A stretch of DNA of 64,000 bases from Candidatus Cloacimonadales bacterium (GTDB lineage: Bacteria; Cloacimonadota; Cloacimonadia; Cloacimonadales; JAFGVF01), in NCBI GenBank assembly GCA_963663475.2, contig CAXXJV010000001.1, forward strand, positions 2,336,001 to 2,400,000. Direction: 5' to 3'. The notes under the pieces are model-generated. The model was given only the letters and a program-made list of their open reading frames with translations, did not search any database and was not told where the DNA came from. Below are positions 28,130 through 38,400 of this stretch, one piece after another (the first letter of the stretch is position 1; each line of letters opens with the position of its first letter). Made by a program: the position numbers and the translations under genes.

Positions 28130-30101
28130 TCTTATTCTCCTTTTCGATTAAATAACCAAACTCCAATCCCCAGGGATTGACAACTAAATCATTTGTATGC
28201 AAAACATTGTTAAATGCTTGCAAAATAGCTAAAGATATATAAAAAATACTTTCATTTAGTTTTTTACCATTATAATCATGGTAATTATATTTTGATTTAT
28301 GATTTATCATATCATGCAGAGTAAACATAAAATCCTGCAAATCATAATTTTTTAATTCATAGAAGTGTTCATAATGTGTCTTACCTTCATAGATACAAGA
28401 TAAATTCTGAAAAACCTTTCCTACTCCATAGATACATGAACCTTCTTTTATTGGGAAATTATTATCATTAATCAGTTCTTCTATCTCCTGTTGAATTATT
28501 TCTGAAATTTGCTCAAAGTTATAACGTGAGTCTTTAAATCTTTGATAATAAATGAGAATACCGAGCGGTAAACTTAATAGTTCAATAATCTCTCCTTGTT
28601 TTATTAAGGATATCTCTGTAGATGAACCTCCAATATCAAGGTTATAAAAATCACAATTATTATTATCAACATTCAGAGATGAAATAACACCTAATTTTGC
28701 TTCTCTGTTAGGAGAAATCACTTCCCAGATTACACTATATTTTCTATTAATTTTTTCTTCAAATTGGCTGAAGTTCTGTGATATTCTTCCAATATTAGTT
28801 ACGAGGATATGTGGAATAATACCTGAAGCCTTACATAAATCTAGTTGGATAGATAATTCTCTTACCGCTTTAGTCATAGATTTCTGATTTATAAGTCCCT
28901 GATCAATATTTAAGCCTATACCTGTAATTCTAATATCATAATAGATAACTTGATGTTTGTCATTATCTAAAGAGTAAATTAAAAGTGTAGAATTGTTAGT
29001 ACCAAAATCAATCACAGCCCCTAGATTTGATGATTTTTCTTGCAAATATGAAGATATGATAGCTAAGCCAATTTCATTATTCTTTAAAGCAAATCTAGGA
29101 CTATAATATTTATCTATCTTCTCTTTAGGAAGATAAATATCTATCTTATCGTCTAATAATTGAAAATGCTGACTATGAGGATAATTCTTTAATTCCTCAA
29201 CCAAAGGTCTGTCTTCAGGAAAATTGTCTCTAGTAGCGTAACAAAGATATGTTCCTGCAGCACAAGTCTCGGCTAAAGTACTATACCCTACCTTAGTAAT
29301 TACTAGATCACATGAAGCGATAAGAAGTGAATAATCATAATCTCTAGGAAGTAAAACTATATTATCAGCCTGGCCAATTGGTGAGTTTGTTAGGAAAACA
29401 TAGTCTTTATTACTAGTTAGGTTTTCAAAATATGATATATCAGACATAATCCCACCAAAGGTTATTAGAGCCAGCTTTTTACTCTTATCAATATTAAATT
29501 GCCTACAAATCTCATCCCTATTAGCTTGAGAACTTTTAGCTAAATTTCCACATTTTACCTGATTGGGTAAAGCTTCCACACTTTTATCATTTGAAAAAGG
29601 AAGAATAAAGGATTTATTACACAGCTGGTATATCTTCTTAATTTCATTAATAATATTTTTAATCTTGCTAGGAGTTTGGTCATTTACTAGTTCTACATAA
29701 TTAAAATACCAATCAAAATTTGTTATAGCATAGACAGGGATTCCAGATCTTTTAGCTGCTAAAATTGGTAAAAAAGGTATATCTACAATTACTAAATCAA
29801 TGGAATTTGACTTTAAGAAATCTTCTTCTAAATCAACAATCCTATCTTTATTTTCCCATAGGTTAGTTAGTTCTTGATAAGTTTGCGAAATTGAAGGTAC
29901 TTTCCATGATTCTTGAATCATACCTGTATCTGTTTTTCTCTCTATTAAATGGCAAAAAGATCCCTCTTTTGGAAAAAGAAATTTTGGTCTATCTGTAATA
30001 ATATAACAATCACAACCATATTTAATTAAAACTTGAGTAAGAGCTGAAACTCTACTCGCGTGGCCAAATCCATGGGATGTAACATAAACTGCTATTTTCA
30101 T
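28119..30101 (-). CDS. Fusion of a GT-B glycosyltransferase-like domain (arabinokinase N-terminal type) and a Ppx/GppA (ASKHA) domain
   Basis: N-terminal YVTSHGFGHASR, VDIPFL, NFDW, ITKVGYSTLAE, RDNFPE. C-terminal IDFGTNNS, ISPNREA, LDIGGSSTE, SLPLG. Confidence 0.75.
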   Translation of the reverse strand: MKIAVYVTSHGFGHASRVSALTQVLIKYGCDCYIITDRPKFLFPKEGSFCHLIERKTDTGMIQESWKVPSISQTYQELTNLWENKDRIVDLEEDFLKSNSIDLVIVDIPFLPILAAKRSGIPVYAITNFDWYFNYVELVNDQTPSKIKNIINEIKKIYQLCNKSFILPFSNDKSVEALPNQVKCGNLAKSSQANRDEICRQFNIDKSKKLALITFGGIMSDISYFENLTSNKDYVFLTNSPIGQADNIVLLPRDYDYSLLIASCDLVITKVGYSTLAETCAAGTYLCYATRDNFPEDRPLVEELKNYPHSQHFQLLDDKIDIYLPKEKIDKYYSPRFALKNNEIGLAIISSYLQEKSSNLGAVIDFGTNNSTLLIYSLDNDKHQVIYYDIRITGIGLNIDQGLINQKSMTKAVRELSIQLDLCKASGIIPHILVTNIGRISQNFSQFEEKINRKYSVIWEVISPNREAKLGVISSLNVDNNNCDFYNLDIGGSSTEISLIKQGEIIELLSLPLGILIYYQRFKDSRYNFEQISEIIQQEIEELINDNNFPIKEGSCIYGVGKVFQNLSCIYEGKTHYEHFYELKNYDLQDFMFTLHDMINHKSKYNYHDYNGKKLNESIFYISLAILQAFNNVLHTNDLVVNPWGLEFGYLIEKENKNEV

Positions 30102-31024
30102 AATAACTTTATCTCTTTTGCTATTTCACAAGCTAGTAAAACATTATTTTTCACTAGCTCAATATTTGTATCTAATGAATGTCCTTTAGTTAATTCGTAT
30201 AATCTTTGCAAGAGGTATGGAGTTACTTCTTTTCCTTTGATTCCTAAATCTACTATTTCTGCTAAGGCTTTTTGAATCACAATTTCTATATCTTCTGCTG
30301 GAATTTCATATTCTTGAGGAATAGGATTACCAACCAGAAATCCTGATTTTAATGATAGGTCTTTATGACTATGCCACATTAAGGCAATATCCTTTGCAGT
30401 ATCTACTTGACGTACTTTATTTCCACTTTTTGAGCTATAAAATGCTGGGAAATCAGAAGTTTTATAAGCTACAACAGGGACAGAATAAGAATCTAAAACT
30501 TCTAAAGTTTTTGGTATATCCAATATAGCTTTTGCTCCAGCTGATACAACTATGACATCATTATTCTTCAAAGAATTAAGATCAGCTGAGATATCCCAAC
30601 TTTCGGTAACCCCCCTATGAACACCACCAATACCTCCAGTAGCAAAAACTTCTAAGCCAGCTAATTTTGCTAGATAGGAAGTGGCAGCAACAGTAGTTCC
30701 TCCACTTTTTTCTTTAGCTAAACAATAACTTAAATCAGCTATTGATATCTTTTCTACTTGGCTAGTTAATTTGCTAAGTTCAAGTAACTTATCTGAGCTT
30801 AATCCAATTTGTATTTTGCCTTTATATAAGGCAATTGTAGCTGGAGTTACACCTTTATCTCTACAAAGATCTTCTAACATAGAAGCAGTTTCATAGTTTT
30901 GGGGATAAGGCATTCCATGGGTAATGATAGTTGACTCTAAAGCAAGTATTGCCTTATTGTCTGCAAAGGCTTGCTTAACCTCAGGAGAGAATTCAAAATA
31001 CTTCATATATAACTTGTCTTGCAT
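30098..31024 (-). CDS. psuG: Pseudouridine-5'-phosphate glycosidase
   Basis: ALESTIITHGMPYPQN, GTTVAAT, FATGGIGGVHRG, DISADL, GAKAILD. Confidence 0.95.
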   Translation of the reverse strand: MQDKLYMKYFEFSPEVKQAFADNKAILALESTIITHGMPYPQNYETASMLEDLCRDKGVTPATIALYKGKIQIGLSSDKLLELSKLTSQVEKISIADLSYCLAKEKSGGTTVAATSYLAKLAGLEVFATGGIGGVHRGVTESWDISADLNSLKNNDVIVVSAGAKAILDIPKTLEVLDSYSVPVVAYKTSDFPAFYSSKSGNKVRQVDTAKDIALMWHSHKDLSLKSGFLVGNPIPQEYEIPAEDIEIVIQKALAEIVDLGIKGKEVTPYLLQRLYELTKGHSLDTNIELVKNNVLLACEIAKEIKLL

Positions 31025-31036
31025 TAACTACCTCTC

Positions 31037-33889
31037 CTACTTATTTATGTTAATACTTGTTGGAAAGAGCACTTCATCAACTAAGTTACCCTTATCTATC
31101 TCAATAAATGATTCTCCATCAAATTCTAGTATAACCCATGATGGACTAGTATAATCAAAAATAGCTTGAATATTACCTATCTCTTCATCACTATTCCATA
31201 ACCAAAAGGAAACTGACTTATTGATGTTAAAAGGATTTTGAGTATTTAAAATTAAAGAATATTTCTCTTTATCGAAAGTTCTTCCTTGGTATGAGAATTT
31301 ATTTTTTCCAAACTCGAAGCTAGGAGGCAAATAAGCTTCTACTTGTTCAAAGATTGGGTTCTTATAAAACTCACCAATGTAGAGAATAGACTTTTCTTCC
31401 CAATTAATATCTTTCAAACTTGATAATGGCATCATATCAAGAATAACTCCATTGCTCCTGAGAGTGTTGCCTATTGTATAGATATCAGTGAAATGTTCAT
31501 TATCAGAAGGAACAATTAAAATTGGTTTCTCTAAAAAAGTCCTTTTTAAATTAAAGATATGATCTTTATTATCTAAATATCTATAAAGTTTATATTCGGG
31601 ATCTAATTCTATTTTAGTAGCTTCAAAATTGAATTCTAAAACAGTTTCTTCTTTGTTAATTTTATAAGCTGTCTGAACAAAATTACTATCATTAGAAAGC
31701 TTGATATCTATGTTAAAATTACTTTTATCAGCTAGGGAACTGATTATTTTAAAACGTGTTTTTGTGCCCTCAGATTCAGCATTTCTTATATAAACTTTAG
31801 GAGGAATAACTTCATCTAACATGTTTTTAATTTCTGAAACACCTGTTTTTTCTGCAAGAAGATTAAAGAAGTCAAATCCAGAAAGACTTTCATTGCTAGC
31901 TAGAATATCTCTAATAGCTGCAAAAAATCTAGTCTCTCCTGATTTATTGTAAGCGTAATATAATATCATGCCTCCAATCTTATATCCATTTACAGCAGCG
32001 AACTTATTTGCAGCAAAAGAAAATTCTTGGAGTGATCTAATCTCTTCTTGAGGAATTGAAGATATATCTTCTAAGGCATCTTTTCTCCAAAGGTAAGCAT
32101 CTTCCGGTTTATTTTTTTCTAGCCAAAGATAGTTAGCTACAAAATTTGCTAGTATCTCTTGCCAATTCCCACCTTCTTGATTCCAAGTACATTGAGAACT
32201 AATCCAGATTTTAGCTAAATCATGTCCAAAAACTCCTGGAGTAATAAAGATATCTTTAGTTCTGAAAACATTATCAGAGACTAGTAACATGTTATCAAAT
32301 GACTTATAAGCATTATTTGCCGATTGGATAACAGAAAATGTATCATAACCGAACTGGCCAAAGTATTGACTATAAAGTTCAAAATATTGTTCAGTAAAAT
32401 AGAGGTAATCATCTAAAAGAGAATATTCATCTTCAAAGGAATAAAAACTTATTAAAACATCTTTAATATCAGAACTTTTAGTAAAATACAAGTCTCCAAT
32501 AATAGAGAAGCCAAACTCTTGATCAAATGATTGCCAAGAATAATAAATAGCATCTTTTTTTTGAGGTGTTATCGTTACTTCAGCAGGAGCAATGAATTTC
32601 ATCCTACTTGGTCCTAAGGCATTAACTTTATAGAAAGATTTTTCTCCTAATTTTGCAACAGGATGCCATTTGTATTCTTGTAAATTAAAATGATAAGGTC
32701 TTTGTTTATCTTTTGGATAATCATAGATATACACAAACTTTAATTGTCTAGCTTTAGTATTTATCTTGATTCTGTTAAATTCTTTTTTACCCGAAATAAG
32801 ATCAAAATCGACTTCTTTTTCACCCTTAAAAACCTTAAGATCTTTAATATCCTTACTAAGTAATAAGGTATTATTATCTAAATCTTGATTGAAGGTAATA
32901 ATATCTGAAACTGTTAAAACCTTGGCACTTGGTTCAAAGATAAATGAAATTTCGTGCTCACTTATATTAAGGAATTCTTGACTATCAGCCTTGTTATTAC
33001 TAATTGCAGACTCTTCGTCACGATGGTACATAATAATGTATTCACCTCTTCCATAAAGATTATAGTCCCATTCAAGATTCTTATCTGCTGGTAAAAATAA
33101 GGGGGAAATAGAAGCAATCTCAAGCATGGGGTTTAGAAGTTCTAGCTTTTGATAAATTCCATAGTGATTTCGGGAATGAAAATCTCCATTAATATGAAAT
33201 ATCTTAGCTTTAAGATTATTTTCTAAATAATCAAAGATTGATTCTGCTATTGTATCATCTTTTAAAGAGTGAGCTTGATAAAGTCTATCAATAATTATTG
33301 GGTCTATATCCTCCAAATTGTTGGGAAAGAGAAGACTAATTTCATCAATAAACATTTCTTTATATTCATTTTCAAATAGTTTTAAGACTCTTGCATAATA
33401 CGAACGTTCAGATTCTGATAAGTTTCCTAAAGCTTGATAGCCCTGTTGGGCAACTAAACCACTTATATATATAGGAACATTAGTTGCTAGAACTTTTATA
33501 GAATCCTCTTTAGCAAAATCAATAATTCCAGAATAAGCTTCTTGATAATTAGACCAAAGATTAGCATTAGCATCTAGCTGTTCATAAGAATATTCTCCAG
33601 CTAGGTATTTATTCAAGGCTACTTGGTCATTACGAGCAAAAGCTTCCATACCCAAAACAAAATTGCTATCAGCATAAGTTAATTTCTCTAAAAGTTCTTT
33701 CTCAATCGAGTGAAGGAGAGAATCATCGTGTAATTCACCAAAAAATACAACATCCTTATCTTTTAACTCATCAACTAGATTATCTAAATTTATTTCCAGA
33801 CCAGTCTCTGCTTTAAAGATTTTATATTCCTGACCAAAAGCTATCACACTAAATGATAATATCATTAATAGTAATATTATTTTCTTCAT
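31037..33889 (-). CDS. Secreted ChaN-like domain fused to a degenerate M1 aminopeptidase-like region
   Basis: Signal peptide; FFGELHD...HINGDFHS (ChaN/EreA-like); later GHDLAKIW...GNWQEILANF...GYKIG resembles the M1 HExxH...E...Y region. Confidence 0.7.
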   Translation of the reverse strand: MKKIILLLMILSFSVIAFGQEYKIFKAETGLEINLDNLVDELKDKDVVFFGELHDDSLLHSIEKELLEKLTYADSNFVLGMEAFARNDQVALNKYLAGEYSYEQLDANANLWSNYQEAYSGIIDFAKEDSIKVLATNVPIYISGLVAQQGYQALGNLSESERSYYARVLKLFENEYKEMFIDEISLLFPNNLEDIDPIIIDRLYQAHSLKDDTIAESIFDYLENNLKAKIFHINGDFHSRNHYGIYQKLELLNPMLEIASISPLFLPADKNLEWDYNLYGRGEYIIMYHRDEESAISNNKADSQEFLNISEHEISFIFEPSAKVLTVSDIITFNQDLDNNTLLLSKDIKDLKVFKGEKEVDFDLISGKKEFNRIKINTKARQLKFVYIYDYPKDKQRPYHFNLQEYKWHPVAKLGEKSFYKVNALGPSRMKFIAPAEVTITPQKKDAIYYSWQSFDQEFGFSIIGDLYFTKSSDIKDVLISFYSFEDEYSLLDDYLYFTEQYFELYSQYFGQFGYDTFSVIQSANNAYKSFDNMLLVSDNVFRTKDIFITPGVFGHDLAKIWISSQCTWNQEGGNWQEILANFVANYLWLEKNKPEDAYLWRKDALEDISSIPQEEIRSLQEFSFAANKFAAVNGYKIGGMILYYAYNKSGETRFFAAIRDILASNESLSGFDFFNLLAEKTGVSEIKNMLDEVIPPKVYIRNAESEGTKTRFKIISSLADKSNFNIDIKLSNDSNFVQTAYKINKEETVLEFNFEATKIELDPEYKLYRYLDNKDHIFNLKRTFLEKPILIVPSDNEHFTDIYTIGNTLRSNGVILDMMPLSSLKDINWEEKSILYIGEFYKNPIFEQVEAYLPPSFEFGKNKFSYQGRTFDKEKYSLILNTQNPFNINKSVSFWLWNSDEEIGNIQAIFDYTSPSWVILEFDGESFIEIDKGNLVDEVLFPTSININK

Positions 33890-33904
33890 TAAATTTTATT
33901 TCCC

Positions 33905-34795
33905 TTACTTATCTTCTCTATGTATTAAGATTAAAAAATCACCTGCATCAGAATATTCAGGACTCCACTCAAGCTTATCTTCAACAGAAAAAGTAACAGG
34001 TGCAATAACAGCAATTTTTAAATTTCCATCCATTAAAGCTAATTTTTGAGCAGTACCTAAAAAGTATCTACTGTGAAAGTCACCATTAATGTGGAGAATT
34101 TTACTTTTAGGATTATCTTGCAAGTATTTGTGCATTGATTCAGCCATAGTATCATCTTTTAGACATTGGGCTTTATAAATATTGAGGATTCTATCTTGGC
34201 CTGTTTTGTTAGGCATACCATGATCAAACATACCTTTCATAGTATTGTAAAATTCTGTTTTATATCTATCATCTAAAACAAGCAAATCTTGGGAAATGTA
34301 TTTCTTTTCATCTTGAGGAATTTCAGCAAGAGCATCTTGACCTTCTTTAGCTAGTAAAGAAGCATATTTCCTTGGGACATTAGCAGCAATTACATCTCTT
34401 TTATGCTTAATAGCAATCTGAAGTAAGGGTTCATAATCTGTCTCGTGATTAGGCCATAAACGAGCTTGTTCTGAGAAATCTTGATAGGATATTTCTCCAT
34501 TAATATATTTATTTAAGATATCTTGATTATCTCTTTCAAACATTTCCATTGATAAAACTATTTCCTTAGCTGATGAAGCTAACTTCTCAAAGAGATCTGC
34601 TTCTAGTTTATGAAGTAAAGCATCATCATGTAGTTCACCAAAAAATATTACATCATAATTTAACAATTCTTTAGTCATGGAAGTTAAATCATAAGGTTTT
34701 CCACTTTCAGCTTCAACAATCTTATATTCTTCAGCAGAAATGCTTGTAAATCCAAGCAACATTATAGAAATCAGGATTAAATTAAAATAAGTCAT
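33905..34795 (-). CDS. Secreted ChaN-family (DUF399) protein
   Basis: FFGELHD, MEMFERD, WPNHETDY, AQCLKDDTMAES, HINGDFHS. Confidence 0.85.
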   Translation of the reverse strand: MTYFNLILISIMLLGFTSISAEEYKIVEAESGKPYDLTSMTKELLNYDVIFFGELHDDALLHKLEADLFEKLASSAKEIVLSMEMFERDNQDILNKYINGEISYQDFSEQARLWPNHETDYEPLLQIAIKHKRDVIAANVPRKYASLLAKEGQDALAEIPQDEKKYISQDLLVLDDRYKTEFYNTMKGMFDHGMPNKTGQDRILNIYKAQCLKDDTMAESMHKYLQDNPKSKILHINGDFHSRYFLGTAQKLALMDGNLKIAVIAPVTFSVEDKLEWSPEYSDAGDFLILIHREDK

Positions 34796-35424
34796 TTTTC
34801 CTCTTTATGGTATTCAATTTTATTGTTATTAGTTAAATCATCTAACATAGATGTTACACCTTGTAAGATATGTTCAGATATTTTTATTGTAACTTGGACA
34901 TCAATACCAAAATCTGAAGATATGATATCTAAGTCAAATTGTTTGAGTTTATATTGTAAGATATTATTATAATCGTAGCTAGTAGTGATTTTAAAATAGT
35001 GGTAATCAACAAGTTCTTGTCTTTTGTTTAATTCAATCGCTCTTTCAGTTATTCCCCCATAAGCATCAATTAGACCTCTAATCCCCAGCTTAACACCACC
35101 AAAATAACGAGTTACTACTACCACAATATTTGTTAAATCATATTTATTTATAGCATTAAGAATAGGTTTTCCAGCTGTACCAGAAGGTTCACCATTATCA
35201 GAACTATGAGCCCAATCACCTTGTTTGCCTATCACATAAGCCCAACAATTATGATTAGCATTTTTATGTTCTTTACTGATATGAGTTATGAAATCCTTAG
35301 CCTGCTCCACTTGAGTAATATATTTGAGATTAACAATAAATCTGCTTCTTTCTATTTTTTCCTCATAAACTTCTTCATTAGTTATTCTTTGCACATTATC
35401 CTCTATTGATTTATTTCTAATCAC
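34792..35424 (-). CDS. yigZ: IMPACT/YigZ family protein
   Basis: SRFI, ANHNCWAY, DNGEPSGTAGKP, VVTRYFGGVKLG. Confidence 0.93.
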   Translation of the reverse strand: MIRNKSIEDNVQRITNEEVYEEKIERSRFIVNLKYITQVEQAKDFITHISKEHKNANHNCWAYVIGKQGDWAHSSDNGEPSGTAGKPILNAINKYDLTNIVVVVTRYFGGVKLGIRGLIDAYGGITERAIELNKRQELVDYHYFKITTSYDYNNILQYKLKQFDLDIISSDFGIDVQVTIKISEHILQGVTSMLDDLTNNNKIEYHKEEK

Positions 35425-35454
35425 AATAAATATGGATTAAGAATTAAGTCAACT

Positions 35455-36009
35455 TTAATGTGTTTTCTTATCGGAAAAAGAGACTGTATCAAAGATATAG
35501 ACCTTACATTCATCATCTTCCCAAGTAAAAGATGGTAAACCAGCTTGATGACAAACCTCATTTAGAAAAATAACTCTATCAAAATCTCTTTCTATAGCTA
35601 CTTGAGGTAAGAGCAAACCCTGTCCTTCTGGATGATTAACATACAAACCATGCTTGCCTATCTCAATTTCTTGTTTTGTATAAATCTGTTTTAAAGCTGA
35701 GAGAATGCTTATTTGAATTGTTAGGTAAGGCAATTCAAACTTCTCAAGCTTAGGATACTTAGTATTACCTTGAGAGACAGCTTTTGCCAGGTCAATAACA
35801 CTCTCCATTAGACAATCTTGGCTATCAACATAGCCTAGACTTCCTCTTAATTTTTCATCAACAAATATTGTCAAAAAAACACCATGTTTTTCATTTAGTA
35901 TTGCTAGAGGTGGAATTTGATACTTGAATTCTTGTGCTTGAAGATGGTATTCAATAGCCAATCTTGCATTCTGTAAAAGCAACTCTTGAGTTTCATTTGG
36001 TATTTTCAT
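35455..36009 (-). CDS. AMMECR1-family protein (AmmeMemoRadiSam protein A), divergent
   Basis: GVFLT, LRGSLG (canonical LRGCIG), ISILS, GKHGL, GLLLPQVA, AGLP. Confidence 0.85.
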   Translation of the reverse strand: MKIPNETQELLLQNARLAIEYHLQAQEFKYQIPPLAILNEKHGVFLTIFVDEKLRGSLGYVDSQDCLMESVIDLAKAVSQGNTKYPKLEKFELPYLTIQISILSALKQIYTKQEIEIGKHGLYVNHPEGQGLLLPQVAIERDFDRVIFLNEVCHQAGLPSFTWEDDECKVYIFDTVSFSDKKTH

Positions 36010-36169
36010 AATTGATCCTTTATCTTGTACTTAGTGTTATCCCTATAGAGACTATGAATAATATCTCTAGGAGAATAAGTGACCTATATTTTGTTTGCTA
36101 ATTATATTAGCAATATAAGCTTATTCAACATCATTTTTATTCGAAATTAAGAATCTTATAAAAAGTAGA

Positions 36170-36197
36170 GAGTGCAACTAGTTACCTGGTTGCACTC
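36170..36197 (-). terminator. Probable terminator after pfk
   Basis: GAGTGCAAC...GTTGCACTC hairpin with a T-rich tail on the minus strand. Confidence 0.65.
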
Positions 36198-36205
36198 AAC
36201 ATTAT

Positions 36206-37417
36206 TTAAAGTATTTTATCAGCTCTAGGAACTCTCAATCTATGGGCTTGTTTGAAACCTGACCCAACTAATGGTCTGCAATAAAAGAGGAAGTCTTGTG
36301 TAACATTATTACCTTCTGGAGTAATAAAGTTATCTGGCATTACTCTTGTTTTTCCAGCTATATCTTCCAATTTTTCTAAAGAATAATTTACTGAATAGTT
36401 ACCTGTTCTTTTGATACTTATTGAGCCATCTAGATTATGCCATATTGCATAGTGAGCAGCTTTCTCCCCTACCTCTCTAGCCTCTTGTTGATCAACATCA
36501 GAAACACAATCTAGGAAGGATCTTTGTAAATAACCAAAAGTATCCGATCTTACTCGAGAAATCTTAAGCTTTGATCTAATTTCATCTGCTAGTAAATCTC
36601 CAAGAGCACCTGTTCCAGATAACTGGACATTTCCATGAGCATCTTTTTCTTGCGATTTAGTAAGTTTAGTGATAATTGGGATACCTTTACCATCTGATAT
36701 ACCTTCAGAAACAGCAATAACACAACGTCCATATTGGGCATATACTTTTTTAACATCTTCCAAGAACTGGCTTATTTTAAACTTCTTTTCTGGTAGATAA
36801 ATCAAATGTGGACCATCATCTGGATACTTCTTAGCTAAGGCTGAAGCTGCAGTTAAGAAACCTGCATGACGTCCCATGACAACTCCAATATAAACTCCTG
36901 GTAAAGCTCGATTATCAAGATTTGCTCCTGCAAAAGCATTTGCTACAAATCTTGCTGCTGAACCAAAACCTGGTGTATGATCATTTAGGACAAGATCATT
37001 ATCAATAGTCTTAGGAATATGAATAGCCCTAAACTCATAAGAAGCTTTTGCTGCTTCATCATTTACGATCCTAACTGTATCTGAGGAATCATTTCCTCCT
37101 ATATAGAAAAAATATCTTACATCATGAGCTTTAAGTACTTTGAACATTTCTTGACAGTACTTAACATCTGGTTTGACTCTTGTTGATAAAAGAGCGGAAG
37201 ATGGTGTTTGAGCAACTTTTTCAAGATTATTAGTAGTCTCTTGACTCAAATCAAAAAAGTTTTCATTTAATATGCCATCAACTCCATGTTCAGCACCATA
37301 AACTCGGGTTACTTGTTGAAATTTACGTGACTCTAAGACTACGCCTACAAGTGATTGATTAATCACTGCAGTAGGTCCGCCACCTTGAGCCACAACAACT
37401 TTTCCTTCTAATTTCAT
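36206..37417 (-). CDS. pfp: 6-phosphofructokinase, PPi-dependent type
   Basis: QGGGPTAVIN, GGNDS (Asp), PKTIDND (Lys) and MGR; the Asp/Lys pair is diagnostic of PPi use. Confidence 0.88.
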   Translation of the reverse strand: MKLEGKVVVAQGGGPTAVINQSLVGVVLESRKFQQVTRVYGAEHGVDGILNENFFDLSQETTNNLEKVAQTPSSALLSTRVKPDVKYCQEMFKVLKAHDVRYFFYIGGNDSSDTVRIVNDEAAKASYEFRAIHIPKTIDNDLVLNDHTPGFGSAARFVANAFAGANLDNRALPGVYIGVVMGRHAGFLTAASALAKKYPDDGPHLIYLPEKKFKISQFLEDVKKVYAQYGRCVIAVSEGISDGKGIPIITKLTKSQEKDAHGNVQLSGTGALGDLLADEIRSKLKISRVRSDTFGYLQRSFLDCVSDVDQQEAREVGEKAAHYAIWHNLDGSISIKRTGNYSVNYSLEKLEDIAGKTRVMPDNFITPEGNNVTQDFLFYCRPLVGSGFKQAHRLRVPRADKIL

Positions 37418-37453
37418 TTATCCTCCACGAATTATATTTCTATAACTTTATAT

Positions 37454-38383
37454 CTATTTACTCTTATTTAGATCAAGAATCAAAGGCATTCCAGATGCTC
37501 CTGGGTCAGTTGGAGCAATAACGAATGTTGTGTTATTGCTTTCTGCCAGTTCTTTATAAGCTTGGACTGCTTCATATTGTATATAAAGAGGGGTCAATTT
37601 ATCTTGAATAATTTCTTGAGCATCAGCTATACCTTGAGCAGTTACTTTTCTAATCTCAGCATCTTTGGCAGCTTTTTGAAGTTCAAGACTCTTAGTCTCT
37701 AAGTTTTGCTCTTGAACTAATTTATTTTCAATAGAATTTTTAACAGATTGAGGTGGATCTACCTTCCTGATTAAAACCCTGTCTGTTGTGATACCTTTAG
37801 TATCAATTATTTCTTTGAGACCTTGTTCCATTTCTTGGGAGAATTGCTCTCTCTTCTCAATAGTCTCTCTAAAAGAGTATCTTGTTGCTACATTTCTAGT
37901 TATGTTTCTTACTGAAGGCCTGATAATCTTAGCTTTTAGATCATAATTATTTTTAGCAATATTCTTATAAATATCAGTTACTAAATCAGCATTAACCGTG
38001 TACCAGACTGATAAATCTATTGTCAATTCAAGATTATCACGAGTAATTACCTTAATTGCATCATCACCATAAACATCTCCTTCGTTAGGTAGTGATGATA
38101 AGGTGTATTCTTGTAATCTAACTTCAAAACGAACTATATCGATAAAAGGACTTTTTAAGTTAAATCCATCTGCTAGGGTAGTATCTAATACTTTTCCAAA
38201 TAAAACCTGAACACCAACTTCTCCTGGATTAATAATTGTAAAACTCTGAGAAAGTATTATTATAATACCAATCAAAGTTAGAATATTACCAGCAATTTTT
38301 CCATCTTTCTTTACTTGTGATTTCGCTACAAAGAAAACTATCAAACCTAGGGCTACCCCTGCTATTCCTAATAAAGCTATCAT
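37454..38383 (-). CDS. SPFH/prohibitin family membrane protein
   Basis: N-terminal TM helices, PGEVGV..FG, IIRPSVR, C-terminal coiled coil (AQGIADAQ). Confidence 0.9.
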   Translation of the reverse strand: MIALLGIAGVALGLIVFFVAKSQVKKDGKIAGNILTLIGIIIILSQSFTIINPGEVGVQVLFGKVLDTTLADGFNLKSPFIDIVRFEVRLQEYTLSSLPNEGDVYGDDAIKVITRDNLELTIDLSVWYTVNADLVTDIYKNIAKNNYDLKAKIIRPSVRNITRNVATRYSFRETIEKREQFSQEMEQGLKEIIDTKGITTDRVLIRKVDPPQSVKNSIENKLVQEQNLETKSLELQKAAKDAEIRKVTAQGIADAQEIIQDKLTPLYIQYEAVQAYKELAESNNTTFVIAPTDPGASGMPLILDLNKSK

Positions 38384-38400
38384 ATTATTCTCCTATTTTT

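Noticed and set aside
36035-36080. Weak inverted repeat (TAGAGA/TCTCTA) upstream of the AMMECR1 gene
   Set aside because: Short and imperfect; expected by chance in AT-rich DNA.
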